Below, piece after piece: positions 26,763-40,059 of a stretch of DNA of 64,000 nucleotides. The stretch comes from Tubulanus polymorphus (taxonomy: Eukaryota; Animalia; Nemertea). Each line of letters opens with the position of its first letter. Position 1 is the stretch's first letter. The DNA lies in the NCBI RefSeq assembly GCF_964204645.1, contig NC_134029.1:7652850-7716849 (forward strand). The letters are read 5' to 3'. Position numbers and translations under genes: made by a program. The notes beneath the pieces were generated by a model. That model was not told the DNA's origin, did no database searches, and saw nothing but the letters and a program-made list of their open reading frames with translations.

Positions 26763-27572
26763 TTAATACTTGAATTGATGCCAAAATAAGTGAGTTTCTT
26801 ATACACCATCGTAAAAAACGATGTCGATAAAACGGCACCAGCATTACAGAGACAAAAATTCGCAATTCTTTTTTCAATCAAAGGCCCAGATCTGATGACG
26901 AGAATAATAACAACCAGACTTTAGCGAAAAGACAACCGAATGAAAAAAAAGAAGAAAGTATTCTCAGTGACTTTGAAAATACTGTTTACCATTCAGACGT
27001 TCACTATCCAATAATGGGTTTCTTTCGGAAATGATCTTTAACTATATTGTGAGCGGAATAACGAGCAGGTTAATCAGGGCGCGAATGTAGCCGACTAAGA
27101 CTGCAGGATCGTCACGACGAAAATGTGAAAAATATGACTGCAATCGTGCGCAACGTCAGTCGTCGACGCGTCTTAAAGGCAAAAATCGAGAAGAGTTTTG
27201 ATCGACCGATTTTAATTTCACTTTCATCCCTTTCTCGCTAATGCCGCGTTTCAAACGTCTAAGATCCATCGTCGAAGGAAATCACACGGGAAACGAACTA
27301 CGAGGAGGCGACAGAAAAACGTCGCTTCACGGAACGATAGGAAGAGATTTATGGATTAAACAAACGTCAATAGAGAATAGAGAAGTTTTTGTCATCTGGC
27401 AGGGGGAAAATCTGTCCGCTTTTTTCCCCCAAGGCTCACGAAATCTTCGAAAGGTTAAAGATTACGAGTGTCGATGAAAATTTGAATTATCAACTGAGCG
27501 GCTGGGGTCATTTGCTCGAAACTGAAAATCCAATGATCTCAAATTCCGAGATCTTGAATTTAAGCTCCAACT

Positions 27573-27984
27573 TTAATGACGCCATAGAAACTGTAACAAT
27601 AATGTTTAGATACATTGATACCTAGTATACAATATTTAAGGGGTTCTGTGCGAGTCGATGTGCATTACATCATCAATATTGGCCTTTCAAAATAACAATT
27701 ACAATTGAGACTTTTGGCGTTTATTTTGTGTTAATTATAGTTAATTAAATATATTTATATATTTCATAACTGTTATTCTATATCTGATAAATTTTAATAA
27801 TCATTTTTTTAGAGGATGTGCACTATGTCATCAATATATTGGAGCTAGACTGCTTGCCGGGCAATTAAATTCAATTATCAATCTATGCAAATCAAAAATA
27901 ACTTTATTGAGTTATGATTCATATTATATCATAGTGTCAACAATATCAAGTAATATACGTGTTATTTTTCAAGGCGTCAATAAA
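27573..27984 (+). mobile_element. Dispersed repeat family B, copy 3 (both putative ends)
   Basis: Left ttaatgacgccatagaaa and right tttcaaggcgtcaataa form short inverted termini; the interior is shared with copies 1 and 2. Confidence 0.75.
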
Positions 27985-28152
27985 CTTCAAGTTAGTTTTC
28001 TCGTTTACTATGGAAATTACAATCTCGTCCAATCAGTATTCCACCTGAAAAGCAAGCACTTTACATCAAAACGAAAACAGATGTCTGCGAATAGAAGTTT
28101 GACATTTTCTTGTTGAACCACATGTCTATTCCATAAAAGTGGTACGGCCTAC

Positions 28153-28269
28153 GAGAACGTCGAAGGAATGAGAAAATGATGTCACCAATTCCCTGATATC
28201 TCGAATAGTATTTTGCCGAACGGGCAATCGGTATCTCGACCACGGAGTTTTACTCCGGACATCTGCCAT
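28153..28269 (-). CDS. Weak candidate alternative first exon MADVRSKTPWSRYRLPVRQNTIRDIRELVTSFSHSFDVL
   Basis: aaaATGG Kozak and 39 open codons, but the phase-0 donor gtaggc is sub-optimal. Confidence 0.3.
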
Positions 28270-30685
28270 TTTTACTGATGGTATTCTCTTGTTCCGTTGG
28301 TCCTAACAAGGTACTCATTCGTCTCTGTCGCGGCACTCCGCATTTCTGCGACGACTAAATCCCGACGACAAAATCCTTTAAAATGAGTAGCGTTTGTGTC
28401 GACGATATCCGATAATCGTTGACAAGATGCTACGGATTGACGTCTGCCCGTCAATCGTAAATAGAATCCCACAGCATAGTATCAAGAAGATTTAGACCTT
28501 ATTTATGGTATTATTGACCTATGTTACTATGGTGGCAGAGGTTTACACATCAATATGCCAACTCTGGTTTTACTTTTTTAGGCATAGAATCAAGAGGATT
28601 TAGACCATATTACTGGAATATATCGACTGATGGAGCTATAATAATAGCAGCAGTAGTTACCTTATTTGTAAACATGCCTACTCAGTTTTTTCAAGTTTCG
28701 TTTCTTGGGAAAATTTGGCCCACTCCTATGAACCTTACAATGAAAAACAATTGAGCTTTGTTACATTTTTAACGCTATATAAATTTTGATGCCTTAAGAA
28801 TTCATCTACGAAAATATTCACATTTCAATCTTCCACTTAGAATAATATCAGATGGCAATTGGTAACGTAGATGATGTTAACAGCGAACATACTTCAATGG
28901 TCGACTTGGCGTAGCTCTAGTTTTAGGTACTTAAATCATGGACTAAAAAAACGAACGTTTTAGAGTCTATGCTTAAATCGACTGAATTGAAGTTTACGAG
29001 TTAAAAGAGTTTGAAACTTTCAAGATTGCATTTCGTTTTAAGGAATAATACCCTTGATAGCCGACGATTGTTGATCTGGCTGAAGTTAACGCCAGACACG
29101 GTCGCATTCAATATTAACGATCGAATCGGTGAAGTTCAACGTGATTTAAGCCGAAGAACGGCCACGTCGTCGTCGTTGTCAGGCCTGCGAACATTTCATC
29201 CGACAGCAGTTCCATTTAAGCAGGCTACTCCACGAATTTACGACTAACGCAATTAAATGCCACGTCGAAATCATGGATTTTAAGTCTGAAGTGATGTGAC
29301 AACTGGGATATAACAGGGGATCGGGGAGCGTACGCGGCGCAGTCTGTTTTATATCAATGTCGTTTCATTCCGTCTGCGTCTGCAATAAGAAACACGGCGT
29401 AAATAGGAAAACCAATTACTAGCGGAAAAGATCCAATCAGGATAAAAATGTGCGAAAAATTCGAACTAGAATCGGAAACTTAAGTTTTCTCAAATGATGC
29501 CAAATCCCAAGTCTTCCTGGAGCCACCCACTGCTGCGATTCTAACACCGATCTCTCTCGTGAAATATATGTCGGTCGAGCCCTTTACACCATTTCCTGTC
29601 ACCGGAAAAATCCACACTTATTTTCGATATGTGAGACGCTTTTTTTTCACACTTTCCTCACCGGAGACAAGTACAAGTAGGAATCGAACCGAAATTCAAT
29701 AATATATCGCAACCGACGCTTGCTCGGTGGTATAGAGCTATCGGTTACCGGAAAAACACGCGGCGATATGTGTAAATAACAGGTGTATAGACTTTTCGTG
29801 GGCAGGTACGTACATATTTGCCTCCAAGAGAAAAATCGACGAACTGATAACCCACATCGCGGGAAGGGTGCCTACTCGTGTTGGGGTCTTCATGCGTAAA
29901 CACAACACGGAAATAACGTTAGCCACCTCGTCGCTCGTCTTCTCGTAACCGGTTTTTTACGATAAGTGGAAACATCGATGAGAATTGCGCATCATCGTGG
30001 GATCCATAAAATCAATGCGGACCAAACGTCATTTTTTCGATGGGCAAACGATCTGGCTATGCGGACCGACTAGTTTTTTTTTCGTTTTTCTCGTACGATC
30101 CAGGATTACGGACGCAATCATCTCGCGAAGTTGTGACCAGACTTCTGAAACGGCCTCGTCGGCTTAATACCGTAAATATGATCGTGCATAATATCGGCGG
30201 ATATCTTTACGCAAGTGTAGTTTAGAAACGTTTTGTGTTACTAAGACGGTCATAAAATATACAAAGCCATCAACTGATTGGGATGAAAAATGTTTAGGAG
30301 ATATTCACATTCGTATAGACCCCAAAAATTGGTTTTAAGAAGCAAGTGTTTGCTATCATTCATCCTTTATCCATGAAGCACCATTCTTTAGCCTATTACA
30401 AGCTTTTTTACCTTAATGGATGAAGGGCCAGAGAAGAACCTTCATGACATGAGAAACTTCGCCCCACTAGGATTTGAGCTCATTAACCCTATAATATGTG
30501 AAAGATCGATGGCCACTGCCCCTCTAAACATAAAAGTGTGGCGATGAATTTCAATATGGCATCAACATTGAGTCTCTTTATTGGCGTTTCTATATGTTCT
30601 TTGGTGGAGTCTGTAAGTGTAAAAATGAATGGTGAGTGTTGCAAGTGATAATTTAACCCAGGTCAAACTGGCCTTGACCAGACCT

Positions 30686-30775
30686 GCTACCACATGAGCA
30701 TTTTTGGATGCGCCAAATTTGGCTCTTAACAACTGTCCATACGGGTGCCAAATGGGCAGTGCCTCTTTGGCCACA
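30686..30775 (-). mobile_element. Short fragment of MITE family A
   Basis: cacatgagcatttttgg..ccaaatttggc..aactgtccatacgggtgccaaatggg matches the reverse of the right arm. Confidence 0.6.
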
Positions 30776-31319
30776 TAAGTTTTCACACTTATCAAACCCA
30801 TTCAATAATCAACCCATGCTAAGATTCAGTATTGGAACTTGTTGGCCTTGACTGTCAGTCGAATAGAAAAGGTCAATCCAACTACGGAGAAATCACTGCC
30901 ACATGCAGAAGACGCCGAAGCTAATGATTTCTAAAGTTCACTCTATAACCTTCATGCTATAAGCCATTTAGCCCAGGAAATGGGTAATAAATTTCTTCGT
31001 TTCCCAGCAGTTGTATGGTTGATTACTTGCAGTAGGCATCGGTCAACAAAGTATCGTGATATTGAAGCCTTATCCTCAATGTGGGTTTAGCATCCGCCCT
31101 ATCCGAAACTGAACTTAGCTTTTCATTTGAAAAAAACTGCTTTTCAATGATAATAGTTTGCATATTTGTCAATCATCGATAATACTTTATTAAGATATCA
31201 TATAAAAGCTTTATCATATATCATATATAAAGCGAAACATTAACTTTCCAGGAAGAACTAACTGTAGACCGCGATAATTGGAGGTCCCTTGTACATCACA
31301 TCGTTGGTGATGTCATGCC

Positions 31320-31464
31320 TTTTGTTTTTTATGCTACATGTATTATGTACTCTATATTAAATGTCATTCTTTAATGTTTTGTCCTGTAAATTTATTGCAT
31401 GTCTTATCCTATGTATAAATGTAATATACGGCGCAATAATAAAAGTTCAAGTTCAAGTTCAAGT
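31320..31464 (+). mobile_element. Retroposon 3' end with (AAGTTC)n tail
   Basis: T-rich stretch, AATAAA, then aagttcaagttcaagttcaagt; preceded by a short RTE-like DRDNWRSLV remnant near 31267-31293. Confidence 0.45.
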
Positions 31465-32551
31465 GTCATAGAAGAAAAAATAAAAGCTTTGCTGTGGGTC
31501 AGCCAACGTGGCTTTCATTACCTACAAAATTTGTGGGAGATCGCCTTCATTTCTGAATCGATCGTCACACGCATGCACATTTTTTCGCCTGATCACGATG
31601 ATGGTATTCGCCGGCAAATTTGGGTACCGCTGACAACGCACACCGCTTATGGCAGCCACTTCAACAAATCGTGAAATATCAATAATGCATCCTTCAAAAA
31701 CATTTTCATTTCTGTGATTATCGATGAAGAATAATAAATCCTCAATCAACAAATCCTCGCGATCGCAATCCGGAACTACGTTCTTGAAGAGTCTATGGTT
31801 AAATCAATTGATTAGAATTTAAAGCTTTTTCAGGAAAGAATATGTACAAAATACATCTTGTAAATTTCAAAATGCAATTTAAAACGATGAAAAATGGCCC
31901 CAAAAAAAGCTTACAATATATTTCCCTCTGATTTTCAAGTGATACGTCGTCCTGTATCAGAAGAGAAACTCTGCTCGATAAGCAAGTGAAAACAGCTGGG
32001 ATAACAGCAACGGTTCAAGGAATTAACGCGGTGCAGCTCTGGGACGTCGAAACTGTGCAAGCGCAAATCATCGTTGCAAATGACCGTTTTAACGGTTTAT
32101 CAGAAAACGTTCTACAACCCGGCGAGCTCTATTCCTCCTTCTGCTTAGGTTCATTTTTAATCCATCCAAATAACCATCGCCTATTCCCCGTAAAAACAAC
32201 AACAATCCATCTTGAATATTAATCACCGCATCAAAAATACGCGAGAGGCAGTCGATTAGTTTTTGGAAAAATTGATTCGAGATTCTATTCGTGGCGGAAG
32301 GCCATTTACTCCCACGTTGCCTTAAATTAGTTCCGAAACAGGATATAAATATGGTAATGTTTTGTACGAGCTACAATCAAGACTTCAATTTCATCAGACC
32401 AAGCCTCCGCATTCGATTTTTGTTTCTTAACTCGTCACCAATCCAATCATTTCTGGCCATTTTTGGACCTAATCGACAATCCCAGAATAAATTCGTACAG
32501 TCAAAAATGAACTCTGATAACGCAATTGAAAAAATCCTCCCATGACGAAAC

Positions 32552-32561
32552 AATAATAATG

Positions 32562-32610
<49 letters not shown>

Positions 32611-32670
32611 TAATTGTCATTTATATAACGCAGGTATCCTAACCAGGGTCAATTCAGATGCGCTGCAAAT
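32552..32670 (-). mobile_element. L2-type LINE/SINE 3' end with (TTA)n tail
   Basis: Minus strand reads gcagcgcatctga..gcgttatataaatgacaa followed by about 20 TTA units. Confidence 0.6.
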
Positions 32671-33641
32671 TTGGTATCATTACCTCCAGCCTATAACGCT
32701 ATTCATGTATCAGTCATGAATTCTAACGTTATCTTACTTTTCTCAGCCCGACCAATAAATGATGACAAACAAACAGAAATACCTCTATGCCTTTGACTGA
32801 CTACAAGTCGGGAAATCAGATTGAGAATTCGGCGCATACATGGAATGAATCCTTACGCTAACCATAAAACAGTATCCGGTATTCAATGTGGCTATACGAG
32901 AGGGGAGCCGGGATGAAAGTGGGGGAGCATGAGGGGAGGTAGTCTGTTTTTTTTCCTATACGGCACAAGGTGTAATAAGTAACGACTATAAAACACTGGT
33001 ACGAAGGTGACATATTCATTTCCGGATGTACCACGCCATACGTCTACGAAATTCATACACCTCTCCGAAGTAATCATACAGCGATAAAATATTGATGAAA
33101 ATCCACGGCGACCACCGAGACCGAACCAAAATCACAGATTCGATATCGTATTTTCCCGCACGTATGATTAAATGGTTTGTTCATACGTGCTCGCAGTAAT
33201 CATCCGAGACAGAATCGTAAGATGTGCACCTTAAATGACGATAGAAAATGCACTGATTTCCAGAACATGCAAATTTCCAGAAAACTTTCATAGATTTCAA
33301 TTAATGTTCTGTGTTTTGATGGCGATTGAGTCACCAAAATGCTCCGTGAAAAGGCCCCTGAGTGTCATTCGGGGAATTATTAGCAGGTTCGAGGATTCTT
33401 TCTCTATTTGAAGGTAGAGACGCTATGAAGAGAGAGGAACCTTCAGGATATCCATCACGCCCATCAACCCTAGGATGAGTTGAATAGAATGAGAAATCAG
33501 GTTTTAGCCTTAGTATCAATAAATTGGAGTAATCTTATCATTTACAATGACAATCAGAATTTTATCCGTCGCATATTTGGACAGATATATTTTGGATTTC
33601 GGACATCGAGATTCAGACAAATTTTCGACAAATAAGATTTG

Positions 33642-33849
33642 AATACTAAACAATGCTTAAACGAAGCGAAGTGAGTCACCGGAACATGTGGCAATTCACA
33701 CGCTTTAATTTGACCCATGGCTCGAGGGGGTGGAACTAGTCCGACTTTTTTGACCGGACCAAATTTGGCCCAGGCCCATTTGGTACCTGTGTGAACTGTT
33801 GTTCAAGGCCAAATTTGGCTAAGCCAAAAACGCTCGCGAGATCGCGCCT
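33642..33849 (+). mobile_element. Partial copy of MITE family A (right part)
   Basis: atactaaacaatgc..ccaaatttggcc..gagatcgcgcct|ATA. Confidence 0.8.
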
Positions 33850-34979
33850 ATAATACCGATACTCAACATATACGTACATATACACACAAACCTGTATTTC
33901 TACTAGTCCCGGTAACGTGGTCTTGCACGTGTTTTTCGTCGCTTTCAACAATTTCCGTATCGTGTAGTCGTGTTTCGCGCGGAACGTGTTGCGGTGTTCT
34001 TTGAACGTTCGCACGTTGTTCGACTGTAAATGTTGCTGAAACAACCGATTCATCGTTCATTCGTTCGTTCGTTCGTTCGCTCTTAAGTTTTTGCGTTCGT
34101 CGACGAAAACGGGCTCGATGATGATCGCGACAACGATACGCGCACTCGACACATCTTTTACGACGACAACGGAAAATTAAATCGTTTCTTCATTACGATA
34201 ACGTATCGGATCGAAACTAGCTTTTCGCTTCTCTTCTGCCGATGTTTTCAATGAATCATTTTCCCATCGGGCGTAAGAACAAAATTCATAAATAACGTCC
34301 GCGCGTTAAGTACAGTACGGAAGTTCCTCTCCTGAGTGGCGAAGTCTGATCTACGGCAAATCATCGAAAATCCGCCGACGCTAATTCTGCTCACACCTAT
34401 CGCACCGGTTTCGATGTCGATCCGCGCGATATACGCTTCCTCTTCGCCGAGCTGCCCGAGAACGTGCGCGATTAAAACATCGCATCAGTTGCGCGAAGTT
34501 AAAACTTCGATGAAATTAATTGGCATCGGCGCTTCACACATCTCGACGAGGTGCAGAGGACTTTACCATGACAACTCTCCGACGAACGCTGACGAACCCA
34601 GACGCGCCGGTTATCGCGGCCGCCGTCAAAAAGGAAAACAGAAAACAATAACGTTCGACGGTGCGGTAGCCGAGGCAGGATGAAAGCGGCAGCAGAAAAT
34701 TAGCGGCCAGGCAACAATTCAGCGATGAACGAGATATCGATAAAATCGTAATTAATACCTATATCAGCGTCTACCATACACGAACGCGTACAACAAAATG
34801 TTCTCAGCTTTGATGGTGATGTCGTTGTCCACGTGAAAATTGTTTGGATATATGAATTATTATCAGTTAACCTTCCCTCAAAGGATTGGCAATCGAAGTC
34901 GATATAAACAAACTTGAATCGAAGATTAACTTCGATATAGTTTATTGATCTTCTATAATTTATCCTCCTTAAAGAGATC

Positions 34980-35140
34980 GATGTCTAGATCAGCAACGCA
35001 CACAAGAAAACCTTCCTCTGAGTTTCCTCTGAGTTTCCTCCGAGTTTCCTCCTGAGAAGTGATGTCTAAACAACACGACACACATGAGAAAAAACTTCCT
35101 TATACTGAGTTTTGTCCTGAGAAGTGATGTCTAAACAGAC
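34980..35140 (+). repeat. Small tandem duplications containing tcctgagaagtgatgtctaaaca
   Basis: Motif occurs twice ~65 bp apart, with nested ttcctctgagt repeats. Confidence 0.7.
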
Positions 35141-35869
35141 AAAAAAAAAAAAGAAGAAAAACTTCCATGCACAGTTTAACTTTCTGCTCGCTCGCGAAAG
35201 CGAACTCTCATTCAGAAGTTACGCGTGACTTGAAGGGAATAGCATCAATCGCTTCGATGCGCCAACTTCAGGTAAATATACGTACACCGCGTCGTGTGTC
35301 AACTTCTTAAGTCAACAGCCGACCAATCACCATGGAGAATCCTCGCGTGCGTCAGTAAACTAACCGCGCTGCGATGATGATCATCGTCGGTTAATTTTGA
35401 ATTAAGATAAGTTAACGGATCGGTTCGGCTCGATGTTAACCGTTTGCGACGAAGGTAACCGAGTGATCAGCTACTACTACTACTACTACGAGAAGCGTGG
35501 TCACGGCAACTGTGCCCGAGTTCCCCCCCATCATCGTCGTCGACGAGCGCGGGAAAAAAAAAACGGCGTAGAAATGATCATCATCGCGTGGTAACAACGT
35601 ACCGAATGGGTTTAACAACGCGAATAACGAACATCACGACTCCCGTATCTAAATTACCGGATATAAATGGCGAAATAGCGTCAGCCAATTTATCCGCGTC
35701 GTTGCTGTGTAACACTGTGGCCACTTTTATCGCAGTTGCATTCTCCCTATTTCCCTAAAACGCGCGTCGTTTTCCCCGACTAGATCTGCTAAGAATCCGA
35801 TCGATTAACATAGTCAAATACGTAAGACAAAGACGAAAACTGTTTGATTTTACGCACGATCTTCCTGTC

Positions 35870-36008
35870 TCAACAAATTTCCTGGACTTTGCCCTGTTTT
35901 TAGCTTGCTTTTTTTTAATACAAAATTCCGTGGTTATTACCCTTACTTTTTTAAAGAAAAAATAATTCCCTGATTTTTCCCTGATTTTCAGGTGAGTGGC
36001 TATCCCGT
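35870..36008. mobile_element. Terminus of a hAT-like non-autonomous element
   Basis: Repeated ttccctga subterminal motifs ending caggtgagtggctatccc, resembling the reverse of CAGGGT.GCCAC-type termini. Confidence 0.5.
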
Positions 36009-36801
36009 GTAAATATAGTAAATTAGACAGAAAATTTTGAATGGCATCAGAAAGCAGAAGCGCATTTTCGGAACCGAAACCGATACGTCTGATTTTGAAA
36101 ATGTCTCGCTGCGATTTCTTCGAAATCGATCGCGTTGATGATTCGGAAGAACGTTTCTATATAAACCCATTCGCGAAACGGATCGCAACACGATCCAAAA
36201 CCGACGATTCGCGCGAGCTATGATATACGACGCGTAGCCGCCTAGCTCGTTTCATCGATCGCGACATTCGAACGATTAGCATTTCCAGCGAGAAAAACAA
36301 AACCTATCCGGTTTTTGACCTCGACGGGAAAAATTAGCGTTTTATAGTACGTAAATTCATTACAGGCCTACATCACGGGGCGAAATAAACCGATGTCGAG
36401 CAAGCGCGTCGTCGTGATTTATATCGACGAGCGCGCCGTTACAAAAACGCCGAGAACCGGGTTTAATAGCTCTGGATGAGACGCCGTATATCATACGCGT
36501 ACGCCGGGTATAAGCTCGATATAATTGGACGATAAATTCTGATTATACGCAAACATCTTCGATCAACTAATTAGCATCTATATTGAAGATGACTTATGTT
36601 TCGCCGTTTATGGCTCTCGCGTTCTATTCATCATTTTTTTGTACCCCGATGATATCAATTATTGCGAGCGCGGTATCAATTGATATTGCGCGCCGAAATT
36701 CATTGTCGGAAACGCTATGCCTTGTTATTCGAGGGTTTGTAGTCTCGAAATGAATTTCGCAAAATTTCGATGAAGATCTTTTTCTAAGAATTTTGTAAGA
36801 A

Positions 36802-37159
36802 AGTCACGATCATACAGAGGCGACTTGGCCCTGCCAAATGGATCAAGCCCCCGATCAAATTTGGCCGTGCCAAATTTGGTCCATGCCTTGTTAGAGCATC
36901 CACAGTAAACAACTCAGTTCATACTAAACAATGTTTGAAAAAATTATGTGAGTTATCTCCAGAACAAATAACAATTCCCAATCATTTAAGCGGTGTTAAA
37001 AATTTGGTCCAGGCTGGATCTGACATTTTTGGTCGGCCAAATTTGGTCCGGACCAACTGTTAACACAGGTACCAAACGGGCCAGTGCCTGTTTGGCCCGA
37101 GCCAAAAAGGCATATCAAATTGCATATCGAAATGTGGCAGGGCAATCTTGATCGCGGCA
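36802..37159 (+). mobile_element. MITE family A copy
   Basis: agtcacgatcatacag ... atactaaacaatg ... multiple ccaaatttgg ... gatcgcggca. Confidence 0.85.
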
Positions 37160-37504
37160 TATAGTATATAGCTGCTTATAAAAGATGAAAATTCAAAGCC
37201 GATCTCAACTCAAATACCTTCACTGACTTACAATGACTTTAAATCCGATGCAAAACTACAGCGACCAAATCCTTTCAAAAATGTTGGCAGCTGCAATCAT
37301 TCTTTTTCCTCTAATCATTCAATGTCGAGTTTAAATCCGGACGAATCTCTCTCCTAGGTCGACGCCTAATTACTCTCTCTCGCGTAAGCTGTTCATCCCG
37401 GTCGATTTCCGCGCCTGTCATCAATTCTTTTAAAAGTATGTCTACCGAAGTAATACCGAGTGTCCACTTCTAAATACAGAAAACTCAATTCTTAGTTTTC
37501 GTAG

Positions 37505-37960
37505 TATTCGCATTCGCATTCGTATTTCAAATTTATTTATTCATTTTAGAAAATAAATTGCAGCCATGCGTACAATGTGATAATCAGTACAAGATGTTGT
37601 GATAAAAAACTGGGGTTTCAGAAAAAGCAAGGCTTGTATAAACTGAAACCCTGAAAAAGGAATGTTGAATATACAAAATGTAGTAGTTGGCTAATAGAGA
37701 ACTACTGTTCAAATGAAAATCTTCATTAGGCCACACGAAATTGATTGCTTGGTTTTCAACAAAATCTTCAGACAAGAGTAAATTGTCGAGGGAGTGCAAT
37801 GTTTATTTGAATTTTCTTTATAAAAGGTTGAAATAAAAACAATAAGTCAGACCTTGAAATTTTGACAAGGGCGACACAATTTTCTTTTTTTTCTGCATAT
37901 AAAAGGATATACATTACAAAGAATTTGTGAGGGGGCACCAGGATCTTATTGACATTTTGT
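37505..37960 (-). mobile_element. Possible decayed LINE 3' end (L1/Tx1-like)
   Basis: Minus strand has AATAAA then a (GAATGC)-like tail; remnant peptide FFVMYILLYAEKKKI resembles an L1/Tx1 ORF2 C-terminus (weak). Confidence 0.3.
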
Positions 37961-39042
37961 GTTTTCTTATCGTTTGGTCATACATCGTACATTGTTTCTC
38001 GATGTAATAGAGTAGTTTTCCTTTAATACAGCAGTTTGAATCTCATTTCCGGACCAGAAAAAAAACCTAGAATTTGATTTCTTATTTTTTTTTACAATGA
38101 TGATCGGACATGAGGACGTTTTGATTTCTATGTTCATGTTTCACAAAGTGACGCACGCGAAAAACGAAAAATGATTAGAACCCTGCAATCAATATTACGT
38201 ATTCGCGTACTGCCAATTGTTCATGTTTTAATGTAAATTTCAATTATTTCAAATCGCAACGTTTCCAGCAATCAACTCAGTAGTAACATTGTTGCATTGT
38301 ATTCTGTAGTGTTTAGAGAAAAATCTCAACTATTCCCTTCATCGACTAAAAAGCAATTTAAGTCGAATTCGTCAATATTTGTTTTCTTTATCCGTGCATT
38401 GGAGTGTGGGTCCTATTACCAGCAATGGAATGAACAACAGGCAATTTACATTTTCCAAACGCAGAAGTAGTTTTCTTCAGGGGGGATGTTCTATCTACGG
38501 GACCGATGTAGCATGTAATAACCGATCGTCCGCGCTACGAGCCGTTTGACAGTTACTTAATAGAAAAGTCCGCACGAAACTAGACAAATCGACTCGCATA
38601 AATAGAGATAGTAAGATGGATAATGCTGCCGCTGAAATAGACCAGAGTCCGAAGTGGACTAGTTCTTAACGCCAGTTTTAAGTGATTAGATTTATCCGGG
38701 GAGGTGGAGAAATTTCAGATATTTTGCTCAAATGTTGTTTTCTGACATCCCTCCTCAAATTCCATTCACTGACTTTGAGGGTCAGAAAATTTGAATTTAT
38801 TTTGGTATACAAACACACCTGGCAGCCAGTCAAACTTTAGTAAGACCTGTTGCACAAAAAAATTACCTAGGTGCAATCATCATCAATATATAAAAAATAC
38901 TGCCTTTTCTTGCCATTAGCAAATGGTGACTGGTCATCAAATTTTCATTAGTACGGCGTTTATTGATTCATCATGCGGCCCCCCCTCAGAAATCATGATC
39001 CGCATTCCTCTCTATTTAGAAGAAGACTTCGAGCAAGGCATA

Positions 39043-39386
39043 AGCCGCGATCACACGGAGACGATTTGACCCGGGCCAAATTGACACGGATCAGGCTCGT
39101 TGCCAAATTTGGCCCGTGCCTAATTAGAGAGCGCGTTCACACGCAAATCATTCACTCGATACTAAACAATGCTCAAACAAAGCGAAGTGGATCAATTCCG
39201 GTGCCAGTTGGAATTCAAACGCAATCATTTGTCTGACGCTTAAATTTGGCTTGGGCCTGGTCCGACGTTTTTGGTCGGGCCAAACAGGCTCGGGCCCATT
39301 TGGCACCCGTGTGAACAGTTGTTCCGGGCCAAATTTGGAACAGGCCAAATTTGGCCCGGGCCAAAAATGCTTGTGTGATCGCGGTT
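39043..39386 (+). mobile_element. Most intact MITE family A copy (344 bp), PIF/Harbinger-like
   Basis: ATA|AGCCGCGATCACAC ... GTGTGATCGCGGTT|ATA: 14-bp TIR with one mismatch, 3-bp TSD, several CCAAATTTGG palindromes, no convincing coding region. Confidence 0.92.
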
Positions 39387-39908
39387 ATAGACTAAAGCAA
39401 ATGCCAACGCGAAACATTTCTTCAACGAACGCCTTCGCGACTTGGACGTAAAGACGAACGAATTAATTTCTGTCGTGTATTTCTTCGAGGGGATTTATTT
39501 TCAAATGAATTGAACGTTAACTAAACTTCGAAGAAGAAGAAAAAAAAACCCAACAACATCGATCACATTCATTTTCGGATTGATTAGGAATTCGCGACAG
39601 CTCACCGTTCGTAGTAATGAGTAATCGCGGCGTTCACGAGACATTCATTTTGACAGCGTTGAGTCTCTCTTGTCTGTTTTCCAGGTTACGACGCAATCAA
39701 TAATTACTAGACACCGATATTGCCTTTTAATTACGAACCATTTCCTGTTATTAGTGGCGCTGTCAACTTAAATAGCAGCTCAACGGGGGAAAAACTTATA
39801 CTTTGAGTTATTTATTGATAATAATATATATCTTTATTGTCAGAGAATATTCTTGTATGACACATACAAATATAAATATTTATTGCTCGCCAAAATGCAA
39901 TGGCCATA

Positions 39909-40059
39909 AGCCGCGATCACACAAGCGCATTCGGCCCAGTTTGGGGAAAAATTTGGCCCGGAACAACTGTTCACACAGGTGCCAAATTGGCCCAATCAAA
40001 AATGCCAGACCAGACCTGAGCCAAATTTTAGCACGCGACTAATGATTGCGTTTGAATTG
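39909..40059 (-). mobile_element. Partial copy of MITE family A
   Basis: ATA|AGCCGCGATCACACAAGC..aacaactgttcacacaggtgccaaa..atgattgcgtttgaattg. Confidence 0.8.

Noticed and set aside
29515-30520. tRNA genes (B-box-like motifs on the minus strand near 29545 and 30475)
   Set aside because: No cloverleaf can be built; at most decayed tRNA-derived SINE heads.
35975-35997. Recursive splice site (ttttcag|gtgagt) on the plus strand
   Set aside because: It lies in a transposon-like terminus and on the strand opposite the inferred host gene.
39606-39644. Another possible first exon MSRERRDYSLLRT|gtgagc
   Set aside because: Poor Kozak context with an overlapping out-of-frame ATG; not distinguishable from chance.
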